From: an uncultured Candidatus Saccharibacteria bacterium
GTDB taxonomy: Bacteria > Patescibacteriota > Minisyncoccia > Phycocordibacterales > UBA9973
NCBI GenBank assembly: GCA_964563615.1
Contig: CAZLWF010000002.1
Span: forward strand, 1,859-65,858
Length of the DNA: 64,000 nucleotides
Reading direction: 5' to 3'
Positions within the stretch are counted from its first letter, which is position 1. Each line of letters opens with the position of its first letter. The position numbers were made by a program, and so were the translations under genes. The notes under the pieces were generated by a model that worked only from the letters and a program-made list of their open reading frames with translations, had not been told where the DNA came from and did not search any database. Positions 1-9,742 of this stretch are shown one piece after another.

Positions 1-1602
1 AGGAAGGTCTGCGATTGCTACATCAGTCGTGAGAAATATTGCCGCTGCACTTGTTGCATGTTCGACACCGCTCCTCGTTACTTTGACTGGATCAACAATA
101 CCAGCTGCGAGCATATCTGGAATCATGATATCAAGAAGTGCATCATAGCCCATATTGCCTTTGCCGTTTTTTACTTTCTCAACAATGACCGAACCATCTT
201 CTTTGCCGGCGTTGATAGCGATTTGTTTAAGTGGTGCCATGAGCGCATCAAGCACGATTTGAAATCCGACTTCAAATTCGCTCGTATAGTTTTGTTTTGA
301 AGCAATATGATCACGATTCACTTTCTCGTAAGCTTTGACGAGTGCAACCCCTCCGCCTGGGACAATACCTTCTTCGATTGCAGCCTTGGTAGCATTCACT
401 GCATCTTCAATCTTTAATTTTAAATATTTCATTTCAGTCTCTGTTGCAGCGCCGACGCGCACCACTGCCACGCCGCCAGAAAGTTTTGCAACACGCTCTT
501 CCAATTTCTCACGATCGTATTTGGAGAATTTTCCATCGAGAGCATTGATTTGTCCTTTGAGTGATTCGATTCGTTTTTGGAGATCTGCTTTTTTGCCTTT
601 ACCGCCGACAATAATAGTCTTATCTTTAGTTGCAATAATTTTATTAGCACGACCAAGAGCAGTGAGCTCAATAGTATCGAGTTTAAGTCCCACATCGTCA
701 GATATCACCTTAGCACCAGTGATGATCGCAATATCTTCAAGCATGTCTTTCTTCTTATCGCTGTAGCCTGGGGCTTTGACTGCAAGCACATTAAATCCCC
801 CACGGAGTTTATTGAGAACAAACGTCGTAAGTGCTTCCCCATCCACATCTTCGGCAATGATAACAAGTTCTTTCTTCCCTGTTTGAGCAACTTTCTCAAG
901 AAGCGGTAAAATTTCTTTGACTGAAGAAATTTTTTTGTCAGTGACCAGTACAAGGGCATCTTTGAAAACTGATTCCATGCGTTCAGTATCAGTAATCATG
1001 TACGGCGAGACATAGCCCTTGTCGAATTGGAGTCCTTCAACAACTTCAGATTCAACCGTAAAGGATTGTGATTCTTCGACAGTGACCACACCATCTTTGC
1101 CAACTTTTTTTATCGTATCAGCGATGATATTGCCAAGCTCCTCTGATTCAGCTGAAATAGTAGCTACTTGTCTGATTTCTGCATCACTTTTAATTGGATG
1201 CGCCATGTGGCGTAATGCTTTCACTACTTCTTCTCTTGCAGATTCAATGCCGCGACGCACCAACATGCCATTAGCACCCATAGTTGTCTGCTTGAGTCCT
1301 GCGGTGATAATTGCAGCAGTCAAAATAACCGACGTTGTCGTGCCATCGCCTGCCATATCATTGGTCTTGCTTGCTACTTCTTTGATAATTTCTGCACCCA
1401 TGTTTTCGAATTTATCAGCAAGGGTGATTTCTTTAGCGATCGAGACACCATCGTTTGTGATCGTCGGTGCACCATAGCCTTTGTCGAAGACGACATTGCG
1501 ACCACGTGGACCAAGAGTTATTTTCACTGCATCTGCGACTATATCAATACCTCGCTTTAGAGCGAGCTTTGCATCTGCACTAAATAAAATTTGTTTACTC
1601 AT
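1..1602 (-). CDS. groEL: Chaperonin GroEL (3' end runs off the window)
   Basis: Not in the ORF track because it is open at the edge. Manual translation from ATG at 1602 gives MSKQILFSADAKLALKRGIDIVADAVKITLGPRGRNV...TITNDGVSIAKEI...AGDGTTT. Lies directly downstream of groES. Confidence 0.98.
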   Translation of the reverse strand, partial: MSKQILFSADAKLALKRGIDIVADAVKITLGPRGRNVVFDKGYGAPTITNDGVSIAKEITLADKFENMGAEIIKEVASKTNDMAGDGTTTSVILTAAIITAGLKQTTMGANGMLVRRGIESAREEVVKALRHMAHPIKSDAEIRQVATISAESEELGNIIADTIKKVGKDGVVTVEESQSFTVESEVVEGLQFDKGYVSPYMITDTERMESVFKDALVLVTDKKISSVKEILPLLEKVAQTGKKELVIIAEDVDGEALTTFVLNKLRGGFNVLAVKAPGYSDKKKDMLEDIAIITGAKVISDDVGLKLDTIELTALGRANKIIATKDKTIIVGGKGKKADLQKRIESLKGQINALDGKFSKYDREKLEERVAKLSGGVAVVRVGAATETEMKYLKLKIEDAVNATKAAIEEGIVPGGGVALVKAYEKVNRDHIASKQNYTSEFEVGFQIVLDALMAPLKQIAINAGKEDGSVIVEKVKNGKGNMGYDALLDIMIPDMLAAGIVDPVKVTRSGVEHATSAAAIFLTTDVAIADLP

Positions 1603-1612
1603 AGGTTTACGA

Positions 1613-1697
1613 AGAAAAGATTTATTTTTTGCAACGAGGACTGTCTGAATCCGATATTGTCGGATGAGTTCCGCAGTAAGAAAAATAAATCTTTTCT
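1613..1697. repeat. Intergenic hairpin element (17-bp perfect inverted repeat around a conserved core)
   Basis: AGAAAAGATTTATTTTT (1613-1629) pairs with AAAAATAAATCTTTTCT (1681-1697). The core CGAGGACTGTCTGA-[hairpin]-GAGTTCCGCAG is shared with 39396-39487. Confidence 0.85.
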
Positions 1698-1699
1698 GA

Positions 1700-1999
1700 T
1701 TACTTTATTATTGCTAAAATCTGATCTTCTTTAATGAGAAGATATTCGCTGTCGTCGACCTTGATTTCTTCTGGACCGTACTTAGAAAAGAAAACCGTAT
1801 CACCTTTTTTGACTTCAAGCGGGATGCGGATACCGCTGTCATTCATTTTTCCTTCGCCCACAGCGATTACTTCTCCTTGCTCTGGACGTTCTTTTTCATT
1901 TGCTTCTGGTAGATAAATGCCTGACTTGGTTTTAGTTTTACTATCGCGTAATGGCTTGACGAGCACGCGATCACCCAAAGGAATAATTTTTTTTGTCAT
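1700..1999 (-). CDS. groES: Co-chaperonin GroES
   Basis: MTKKIIPLGDRVLVKP...TKSGIYLP...GEVIAVGEG...VKKGDTVFFSKY. Start moved to ATG 1999. Confidence 0.97.
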   Translation of the reverse strand: MTKKIIPLGDRVLVKPLRDSKTKTKSGIYLPEANEKERPEQGEVIAVGEGKMNDSGIRIPLEVKKGDTVFFSKYGPEEIKVDDSEYLLIKEDQILAIIK

Positions 2000-2108
2000 A
2001 AAATGTACTTTAAGTGAATTACTGATAATGCGGTCATATTTTATACAAGGCATCATACTTATGCAACTGTAGCTTGCCTATTATTTATTCTATGCTATAC
2101 TCTTTTGC

Positions 2109-2336
2109 ATGAGTATGGTACTAACGTTTCTTCCGTATCTACAAATTATTCTCTCAATAATCCTTATCGGTTCAATACTACTCCAGCAATCCGGTGCTGG
2201 TATTGGTGCTCTTGGAGGATCAGATAATTTTGCTACGTTTCATACAAAACGAGGCGCAGAGAAAGGGCTCTTCGTAACTAGTATTGTTTCTGCAATACTT
2301 TTTGCACTTGCATCACTGCTTGCAATCATACTCTAA
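2109..2336 (+). CDS. secG: Preprotein translocase subunit SecG
   Basis: Two TM helices around ILLQQSGAGIGALGG...TKRGAEKGL. TGCTATACT extended -10 lies 7 nt upstream. Confidence 0.9.
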   Translation: MSMVLTFLPYLQIILSIILIGSILLQQSGAGIGALGGSDNFATFHTKRGAEKGLFVTSIVSAILFALASLLAIIL

Positions 2337-2390
2337 CGGAATTAATTTCCAATATATTAACCTCGAAACTATACTATTAGTATTGATTTT

Positions 2391-4121
2391 ATGTCTTCAA
2401 TATTTTCTACCTTACGACAACTTCGTTTGCCAACTAACCAAGAACTAAAAAAAATACCCTACTATTTGACACGTCGCGAGTGGACTATTTTTGCTGTACT
2501 CATTGTTATTCTTGCAACAGCAACTATTGCAATTCTTTACCGAATTAACCAAAAATTCATGGTACAGATACCGACAAACGGTGGCACACTTCGTGAAGGC
2601 ATCATTGGAGCACCTAGATTTATCAATCCTGTACTCGCAGTTTCTGATGCTGATAAAGATATGACGACTCTCATCTATTCAGGTCTCATGCGAAAATCGT
2701 CCGATGGTACCTTTATTCCTGACCTTGCAGAGAGCTACTCCATATCTCCAGACGGATTAACCTATACCTTTTCATTAAAAAATGAAATCTTCTTCCACGA
2801 CAATACCCCAGTGACCGTCGATGATGTACTGTATACAATCAACAAAATAAAAGACTCCTCACTCAAGAGCCAGCATGCAATTGAATGGCAAGGTGTTACA
2901 GCTGAGAAGATTGATGAGGCTACTATTTCATTTACATTGAAACAACCATTTGTTTCTTTCTTGGAAAATACAACAGTAGGTATTTTGCCAATGCATATTT
3001 GGCAAAGCATCGAGACTACTGATTGGATATTCAGTAAATACAATACTGCTCCTATCGGTTCAGGTCCGTACATGTTTCAAAAGAAATCAGTAACTTCTGA
3101 TGGCACACTAACTGCAACAACACTCAAATCGTTTGAAAAATTTGCACTTGGCAAGCCCTATATACCAACTATAAAAATTTATTTCTATCCGAATGAAAGA
3201 GAGCTCTTAGACGCTTATGCCGAAAAGACGATTACATCACTTGGTGCTGTATCCCCGTCTGAAGCCCAAGCAATAATGCAAAACGGCGGAAGAATTGAGA
3301 CAAGTATCTTACCCCGCATTTTTGGACTATTTTTTAATCAAACACAAGCTCCGATTTTTAGCGACAAAACGCTCGTTACTGCACTTGACGATAGTATCGA
3401 CAAACAGGCAATAATCGACACTGTACTATCAGGATTCGGACAAGCAATCGACAGTCCAATACCTATTACCCTTTCCTCACAAATACCACCTCTGCATATT
3501 GTTGATAGTGAGGCAATAGCTGCTTCTCTACAAAAAGATGGCTGGCTCTTGGGTGACGATGGCTATCGGTCAAAGAAAAGCACTACCGGCACAACACCAC
3601 TTTCCTTCTCTATCGCTACCGGTGATGCACCTGAACTCAAAGCAACTGCTGCCATGATCAAAGCGGATTTCGAACGGATTGGCGCACGCGCTGAAATAAA
3701 AATATTTGATATTGGGACACTTAACCAAACAATTATCCGACCAAGAAAATATGATGTGTTACTCTTCGGTCAAATTGTTAGTACTGAAAGCGACCTTTTT
3801 GCATTCTGGCACTCATCACAGCGCAATGATCCAGGACTCAATGTTGCTATGTATGCAAATTCAAAAACCGATACTGCACTTGAAAAAGCCCAAGGTACCC
3901 TGGAAGCTTCCGCTCGAGAGGAGCTGTATGAAAAATTTAAGATTGAAATCAAAAATGATAAACCCGCAATCTTCTTATACTCACCGCAATATATTTATAT
4001 AGTTGATAAAAAAATAAATGGATTCTCATTAGCACATATCGTTGAATCAAGCGACCGGTTTAGAGATGTATACCAGTGGTACCTCGCAACTGACTCAGTT
4101 TGGAAACTATTCACACATTAA
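2391..4121 (+). CDS. Peptide ABC transporter substrate-binding protein (family 5, OppA/DppA-like)
   Basis: N-terminal TM anchor, PDLAESYSISPDGLTYTFSLK, FHDNTPVTVDDVLYT and PIGSGPY motifs. Confidence 0.9.
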   Translation: MSSIFSTLRQLRLPTNQELKKIPYYLTRREWTIFAVLIVILATATIAILYRINQKFMVQIPTNGGTLREGIIGAPRFINPVLAVSDADKDMTTLIYSGLMRKSSDGTFIPDLAESYSISPDGLTYTFSLKNEIFFHDNTPVTVDDVLYTINKIKDSSLKSQHAIEWQGVTAEKIDEATISFTLKQPFVSFLENTTVGILPMHIWQSIETTDWIFSKYNTAPIGSGPYMFQKKSVTSDGTLTATTLKSFEKFALGKPYIPTIKIYFYPNERELLDAYAEKTITSLGAVSPSEAQAIMQNGGRIETSILPRIFGLFFNQTQAPIFSDKTLVTALDDSIDKQAIIDTVLSGFGQAIDSPIPITLSSQIPPLHIVDSEAIAASLQKDGWLLGDDGYRSKKSTTGTTPLSFSIATGDAPELKATAAMIKADFERIGARAEIKIFDIGTLNQTIIRPRKYDVLLFGQIVSTESDLFAFWHSSQRNDPGLNVAMYANSKTDTALEKAQGTLEASAREELYEKFKIEIKNDKPAIFLYSPQYIYIVDKKINGFSLAHIVESSDRFRDVYQWYLATDSVWKLFTH

Positions 4122-4131
4122 TATAAAAACT

Positions 4132-6066
4132 ATGAACGACAAACCACAACGACCAGACAGACCAGCATTTCGTAATCATCCACGTACACAAGTGGTGAGA
4201 AATGATACACCAGTGTCAGCACGGACTGCACCAACAAAAAGTACACCACATCCACTTCGAGCAGCGAGACCTGCAGCTAGCGGACAGAAATTTCGCTACT
4301 CGAAATTTCCTCCAAAACGACGAGGTACACCGCCACCATCAAAGGCAAGTGTTTCCAAGCGTCCAGCAGTAAAGGTTCCCCCACTTGCACCAGGCAACAT
4401 TCGTATCGTGCCGCTTGGAGGTGTGGAAGAGATCGGCAAGAATATGACTGCGATCGAAATCGGTAACGATATTATCGTTATTGATGCTGGCATGCAATTT
4501 AAAACTGAAGATACACCTGGCATTGACTACATTATTCCAAATACGACCTATCTCGAAGAGAGAAAAGATAAAATTAGAGCCATGATAATCACACACGGCC
4601 ACCTAGATCACATCGGCGGAGTGCCGATTGTTATGGATCGTATTGGTAACCCACCCATATATTCTCGAAATCTATCAATCCTTCTCATCAAAAAACGTCA
4701 ATCAGAATTCCCACATTTCAAACCGCTTGATGCTCATGTCGTCGAAAACGATAGTGTTATTACTGTTGGCAATATAAAAATTCGCTTCTTTGGTGTTACT
4801 CATACGGTCCCAGATTCAATGGGAATCATTGTTGAGACTCCACATGGTTGGATAGTAACTCCTGGAGATTACAAACTTGAACATCAAAACGGTATTCCAT
4901 CAGATCGGGAAGAGAAAGAGTACAGTATTTTTGATAAAGCTAAAGTGCTGCTGTTGATGACTGACTCAACGAACATTGAAAATCCTGATTGGGCAATCCC
5001 TGAAACTGAAGTGCATAAAGGACTCGAAAGTATTATCCGGAGCGTCAAAGGGCGTCTCATTATTGCTGCTTTTGCGTCGCATATCGAACGATTAATAAAA
5101 ATTGTCGAGATTGCAGAAGTACTCAACAAACATATTGTTTTGGAAGGCCGCAGTATGAAAACAAACATGGAGGTCTCAATCCAAGCAGGATTATTGAATC
5201 CTAAAAAAGGCACGATCATTACGATTGAGCAAGTCGACAACTACCCACCAGATCGAATTATCATTCTATCAACGGGTGGCCAAGGTGAGGAATTTTCAGC
5301 ACTCATGCGTGCATCAAATAAGACCCACAAGAACTTCAAACTCGGCAAAGGAGACACGATCGTCTTGTCAGCTTCAATCGTGCCGGGAAACGAGCTCGCA
5401 GTGCAGAAATTGAAAGATAATCTCGCTCGCCAAGGGGTGCGCATTATTCACTATCGCACGAGTGAAGTTTCAATCCACTCAACAGGTCACGGCAATATTC
5501 CAGAAATCAAATGGCTTCACACTAAAACTCATCCAAAGTTTTTCATTCCTATCCACGGCAATCACTACATGCTTAAGCTTCACAAAGAACTCGCACTATC
5601 ACTTGGCATGCCAGATAACCATATAATCGTTCCGGATAACGGTTCTATTATAGAGATAGTTGATAATGGTTCTAAAATGGTTCTCTGCAAAGAGAAAGCA
5701 CCATCAGGGAATATGATGGTTGATGGTTTCTCAGTTGGCGACGAACAAGACGTTGTTATACGCGATAGACGGATGCTTGCAGCAGATGGCATGTTCATCG
5801 TCATGGTCATGGTCAATGCTGCAACAGGCAAACTTAAAAAATCCCCTGACCTCATATCACGAGGATTTGTCTACCTTAAAGAAAACCAAGAACTACTACA
5901 CGAAGCGCGAAACTTGATACGTAAAACTGTCGAAGATGAAACGGCTGGTATGAACCCAATTAACTTTGATTTCGTGAAAAATAATCTTACTGATACAGTT
6001 GCAAAATTCCTTTATCAGAAAACTGCGAAACGTCCACTAGTTATCCCTGTTATTTTAGGTATTTAA
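4132..6066 (+). CDS. rnj: Ribonuclease J
   Basis: PLGGVEEIGKNM, THGHLDHIGG, HSTGHG, PIHG and GFVY motifs, with a basic low-complexity N-terminal extension. Start set at ATG 4132. Confidence 0.96.
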   Translation: MNDKPQRPDRPAFRNHPRTQVVRNDTPVSARTAPTKSTPHPLRAARPAASGQKFRYSKFPPKRRGTPPPSKASVSKRPAVKVPPLAPGNIRIVPLGGVEEIGKNMTAIEIGNDIIVIDAGMQFKTEDTPGIDYIIPNTTYLEERKDKIRAMIITHGHLDHIGGVPIVMDRIGNPPIYSRNLSILLIKKRQSEFPHFKPLDAHVVENDSVITVGNIKIRFFGVTHTVPDSMGIIVETPHGWIVTPGDYKLEHQNGIPSDREEKEYSIFDKAKVLLLMTDSTNIENPDWAIPETEVHKGLESIIRSVKGRLIIAAFASHIERLIKIVEIAEVLNKHIVLEGRSMKTNMEVSIQAGLLNPKKGTIITIEQVDNYPPDRIIILSTGGQGEEFSALMRASNKTHKNFKLGKGDTIVLSASIVPGNELAVQKLKDNLARQGVRIIHYRTSEVSIHSTGHGNIPEIKWLHTKTHPKFFIPIHGNHYMLKLHKELALSLGMPDNHIIVPDNGSIIEIVDNGSKMVLCKEKAPSGNMMVDGFSVGDEQDVVIRDRRMLAADGMFIVMVMVNAATGKLKKSPDLISRGFVYLKENQELLHEARNLIRKTVEDETAGMNPINFDFVKNNLTDTVAKFLYQKTAKRPLVIPVILGI

Positions 6067-6084
6067 AATGTTATACTTTATTGC

Positions 6085-7239
6085 ATGAAGCATTTACACT
6101 CCTTCACGATCAGAAATATTTATACAACAACCTTTTTCTTTGCTCTACAGGTTGCACTCGCATCATATATAAATTCAACATTTCTCTCTGGAATTGTCTC
6201 AGAAAAAATAGTAGCTTATGTTTTTGCTGGCAGTGCCATACTCACGCTGATCGCACTATCAGAAATGCCTACATTGCTACGCGCTTTCGGTAATAGACGA
6301 CTGCTCTTGGGATTACTCATAGTAAACTTTACTGCCCTGTTCATGGTGACACACGGCAATCAAGCCGGACAAGTCGGAGGTATTTTGTTTTACCTCATCA
6401 GCAACAACCTCATCGTCTTTACGTTTGATATTTTTGTTGAGCATTTCTCAAAAAATAAGAACACCGGTGTCATGCGCGGTCTTTATCTTACCGTTATCAA
6501 CTGTGCGTGGATATTTGCCCCACTTTTGGCAGGCATGCTACTAACCACTGGTGGTTACCACTTACTCTATAGCATCAGTATGGCGTTTATCTTCATAGTC
6601 TTTTATTTGACGCTTACCAAGCTCACCAACTATCACGATGCGCCTTATAAACGCTTTTCATTTTTGCAAACCCTTATCAATATAGGCAAGAATCCTGATT
6701 TAAGGAATATCACCGTCATTAACTTTGTCTTGCAATTCTTTTACGCAACGATGGTTATCTACACACCGCTCTACATGCATAACTATTTAGGCTTTTCTTG
6801 GACTACGATCGGTTTTATTTTTACAATCATGCTGTTGCCATTTGTATTCATCCAGTATCCACTCGGCCGCTATGCTGACAAAGTCGGCGAGCGATCATTT
6901 CTACTAGTTGGTTTAGTTATCTTAGGTGCAAGCACTTTTCTTCTTGCATTTATAGAACCAAACATTTGGACCTGGGCAATCGTTCTCTTTATGACGCGCG
7001 TTGGCGCTGCAGTAACAGAAGTTATGACCGAGGTTTATTTCTTTAAGAAAGTAAACGATGCTGAGAGCAACTACATCAGCATATTCCGAGACATGTCACC
7101 GCTTGCCTACATCATCGCACCACTTGCTGGCATATGCATACTTTCATTTGGCACGTTTTCAACTCTTTATATTATCTTAGGTATCATTGTTCTATCATCA
7201 CTCTACTATGCGTTTTCACTAAGAGACACAAGTATATGA
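6085..7239 (+). CDS. MFS transporter
   Basis: About 12 hydrophobic segments and the GRYADKVGER motif-A-like loop. Confidence 0.88.
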   Translation: MKHLHSFTIRNIYTTTFFFALQVALASYINSTFLSGIVSEKIVAYVFAGSAILTLIALSEMPTLLRAFGNRRLLLGLLIVNFTALFMVTHGNQAGQVGGILFYLISNNLIVFTFDIFVEHFSKNKNTGVMRGLYLTVINCAWIFAPLLAGMLLTTGGYHLLYSISMAFIFIVFYLTLTKLTNYHDAPYKRFSFLQTLINIGKNPDLRNITVINFVLQFFYATMVIYTPLYMHNYLGFSWTTIGFIFTIMLLPFVFIQYPLGRYADKVGERSFLLVGLVILGASTFLLAFIEPNIWTWAIVLFMTRVGAAVTEVMTEVYFFKKVNDAESNYISIFRDMSPLAYIIAPLAGICILSFGTFSTLYIILGIIVLSSLYYAFSLRDTSI

Positions 7240-7943
7240 TTACGTATCCTATTCGCATCAACCATTACCTGGCAGAAAAACAAGTCACAACACGGCGCAA
7301 TGCCGATGTTTTAATTGATGAGGGAAAAATTTTCATCAATGGTAAACGTGCCAAGATTGGCCAAATGGTACAAGAAAAAGACAAAGTATCATGGGACAAG
7401 GCAATCAAACAAAACTATAGCTACATCGCCTACTACAAACCACTTGGGCTCGTTACTGTCGCACCACAGCCAGGCGAGCGTGTTATAGACCTCAGTAAGT
7501 TTCCCAAAGGTGTTTCCCCTGTCGGTAGACTCGATAAAGATTCAGAAGGACTTATCATTCTCTCTGATGATGGACGAATCACAGATGCCCTCCTAAATCC
7601 AAAGAAAAAACATGAGAAAGAGTACCGCGTAGTCGTTAATAGGAAAATCACCAACTCTCTCCTACGTGGACTCAAAGAAGGCATGCGCATCGGTGCCGGT
7701 GATTTTACTCGGCCAGCCAAAACTCGCAAGGTTGATGAAGAAACATTTGATATTATCCTCACCGAAGGCAAGAACCGTCAGATCAGACGTATGTGCAAGG
7801 CACTCGGCTTTGAAGTCAAATCACTACTACGATTCCGCATTATGGATATCAAACTAGGCAATATGAAGCCTGGCGATCAGAAGAAACTAGAAGGTAAACA
7901 ATTGTCAGGATTCCTAGAGTCCCTCGGTATACCTGCTGCATAG
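7236..7943 (+). CDS. rRNA pseudouridine synthase (RsuA/RluB/RluF family)
   Basis: S4 domain, GRLDKDSEGL catalytic motif, LTEGKNRQIRRM. ATG 7236 overlaps the MFS stop (ATGA). Confidence 0.93.
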   Translation: MITYPIRINHYLAEKQVTTRRNADVLIDEGKIFINGKRAKIGQMVQEKDKVSWDKAIKQNYSYIAYYKPLGLVTVAPQPGERVIDLSKFPKGVSPVGRLDKDSEGLIILSDDGRITDALLNPKKKHEKEYRVVVNRKITNSLLRGLKEGMRIGAGDFTRPAKTRKVDEETFDIILTEGKNRQIRRMCKALGFEVKSLLRFRIMDIKLGNMKPGDQKKLEGKQLSGFLESLGIPAA

Positions 7944-7989
7944 GATTTGACTTTAGAAATGCAAGATATAAAATACTACAAATTTTCAT

Positions 7990-8259
7990 ATGAATACATT
8001 ACAGAGTAGAGTAAATGAGTTTATGCAGGAAATGGGTTGGAGTTATTTCTCCGCTGAAAAAATAATTGCCAAAATTGATGAAGAATTAGGAGAAATGAAA
8101 GCTGAAGTGATCTCGGGTGATGTAGAAAAACTGGAGATGGAAATGGGTGATTTACTTTTCGCTATTGCATGCTTTTGCAATAAAAACAATATTTCTATGG
8201 ACGAGGCTCTCAGTAAAGCTATTGAGAAAGACAAAGTACGCGATAAAAATCGATATTAG
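7990..8259 (+). CDS. MazG-like nucleotide pyrophosphohydrolase
   Basis: EELGE...EMGDLLF motif, and a C-terminal K..RD..RY typical of the YpjD type. Confidence 0.85.
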   Translation: MNTLQSRVNEFMQEMGWSYFSAEKIIAKIDEELGEMKAEVISGDVEKLEMEMGDLLFAIACFCNKNNISMDEALSKAIEKDKVRDKNRY

Positions 8260-8262
8260 CAT

Positions 8263-8290
8263 AAAAAATCCCGCACGAGTGCGGGATTTT
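8263..8290. terminator. Bidirectional intrinsic terminator
   Basis: AAAATCCCGCAC-GA-GTGCGGGATTTT between convergent genes. Confidence 0.8.
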
Positions 8291-8924
8291 AAAATTCATG
8301 CTCGTCGCCTTCATTCATGGCAACGAATTCGATGTTATTTTCAGGTAGAAATTGTATTGGCACCAAATGCGAAGCTCCAGATTGTTTTAGGCCACCATCA
8401 TGCACAGGAAATGCAATTCGAGGTTTTATGAGCTGTGCATAATCAATTGCTTCGTGAATTTTCATCCATGGACCAGCTACTGGCAAAGCTAGAATATCAA
8501 CCGGTTTTTTGGGGTCAGTAAATGCATCACCAGGGTAAAAGAGTTTATTATCGATAAAGTAGCCTGTATTCTCTACCCTGCCGAAGCCATCATAAATCTC
8601 TTCATGTAATGTGCCAAAGCCTTCGATTAAAATATTTTCTATCGTCGTTGATTGCCCGTCTGAAATAATGCTATACGATATATTTTCTACATCGAGAAGT
8701 TTGCCAACTGAGACATTAGTAATGATTTTAGCATCAGGATTATGCATGAGCACTTTCTTTAGCGACTCAATATGAAGATGATCACCATGCTCATGGGTTA
8801 TAAGTATAAGATCAATCCCCTTCACTTCATTTTGAAGCGTACTATAACTCCCAGGATCAGTAAGAATAGTAAGGTTTGGAAGCTTGATGAGAAGACAGCA
8901 GTGGCCTAATTTCTTGATTAACAT
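8289..8924 (-). CDS. MBL-fold metallo-hydrolase (UPF0173-like)
   Basis: LGHCC, ILTDP, THEHGDH, YPGD and PVH motifs. Confidence 0.9.
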   Translation of the reverse strand: MLIKKLGHCCLLIKLPNLTILTDPGSYSTLQNEVKGIDLILITHEHGDHLHIESLKKVLMHNPDAKIITNVSVGKLLDVENISYSIISDGQSTTIENILIEGFGTLHEEIYDGFGRVENTGYFIDNKLFYPGDAFTDPKKPVDILALPVAGPWMKIHEAIDYAQLIKPRIAFPVHDGGLKQSGASHLVPIQFLPENNIEFVAMNEGDEHEF

Positions 8925-9081
8925 ATTTAAAGTATATCATGGTTAAAACACTCTAAATAACCTTAATCCACAAGGATATTATACTATTGACTTTATACAA
9001 ATATAATGATATAATATTATTAGAAACGGTTGATTAGTGATCTTAGATCTGGCGTTTAAGATCACTAATCAATTTAAAAAA

Positions 9082-9693
9082 ATGAAGACGTTCTTTAAAG
9101 TAGTAATACTAGCTTTACCTTTCGTTATAATATTCTACTTTTCGTGGGATACATATATGGTTACAAAGAATATTCACCGAGAGTTCCTAAACTCTTTTAC
9201 CACAACAGATAGAGGCGTGGTATACGCAGCAAATAAGGCCAAGGAGGAGAGCCTACAGAACGGGTTTGACTATCGCAAAAGCTGGGTATGGACTGAAATT
9301 AATCAAGAATTATGGTTCAAGAAGGAAATGCAAGAGTATGCAATCGAAAGAAAGGAACTTCGTATTTTGTTAGAACTACACATGGCAGTGAATGTATTGA
9401 ATATGAATGAGTTAGAATTACTCAATGCAAACAAATCCGAAAGAGTAGTTCTAAAGATAGCAAGAGATAGTCTACTTACAAAAACTGCCTTGCTTGAGAA
9501 AAATATCGAGGAAAGGACAAAAATAATTGAAGAAGAAAAATCTCAACTAAAGACGTTAAATTTAGCAATTTCTACAAAAAAATTAATGTGGGATGCTAAT
9601 AAATTATATTTTTTTAGTATTCCGATATTTCTATTTTTGTATGCGGTTCTAATGTTAATTCCGTGGGTTATTTTCCTAACAAGAAAAAGCTAA
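9082..9693 (+). CDS. Hypothetical membrane protein (two TM helices flanking a coiled coil)
   Basis: ORF with N- and C-terminal hydrophobic helices. The start (ATG 9082 vs GTG 9037) is uncertain. Confidence 0.6.
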   Translation: MKTFFKVVILALPFVIIFYFSWDTYMVTKNIHREFLNSFTTTDRGVVYAANKAKEESLQNGFDYRKSWVWTEINQELWFKKEMQEYAIERKELRILLELHMAVNVLNMNELELLNANKSERVVLKIARDSLLTKTALLEKNIEERTKIIEEEKSQLKTLNLAISTKKLMWDANKLYFFSIPIFLFLYAVLMLIPWVIFLTRKS

Positions 9694-9742
9694 GTAAATT
9701 ATGTGATTATAATCCCCTTTTTAATTATGGGGGATTTTCTTT

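Noticed and set aside
58-1477. Several ORF-track ORFs in the first 1.5 kb
   Set aside because: They are antisense or off-frame shadows of groEL, which the track misses because it is open at the edge. The same applies to most short ORFs nested in long genes.
1635-1680. Hammerhead ribozyme in the intergenic hairpins (CTGA...)
   Set aside because: The CUGANGA/GAAA/UH core is not present in the required arrangement in both copies.
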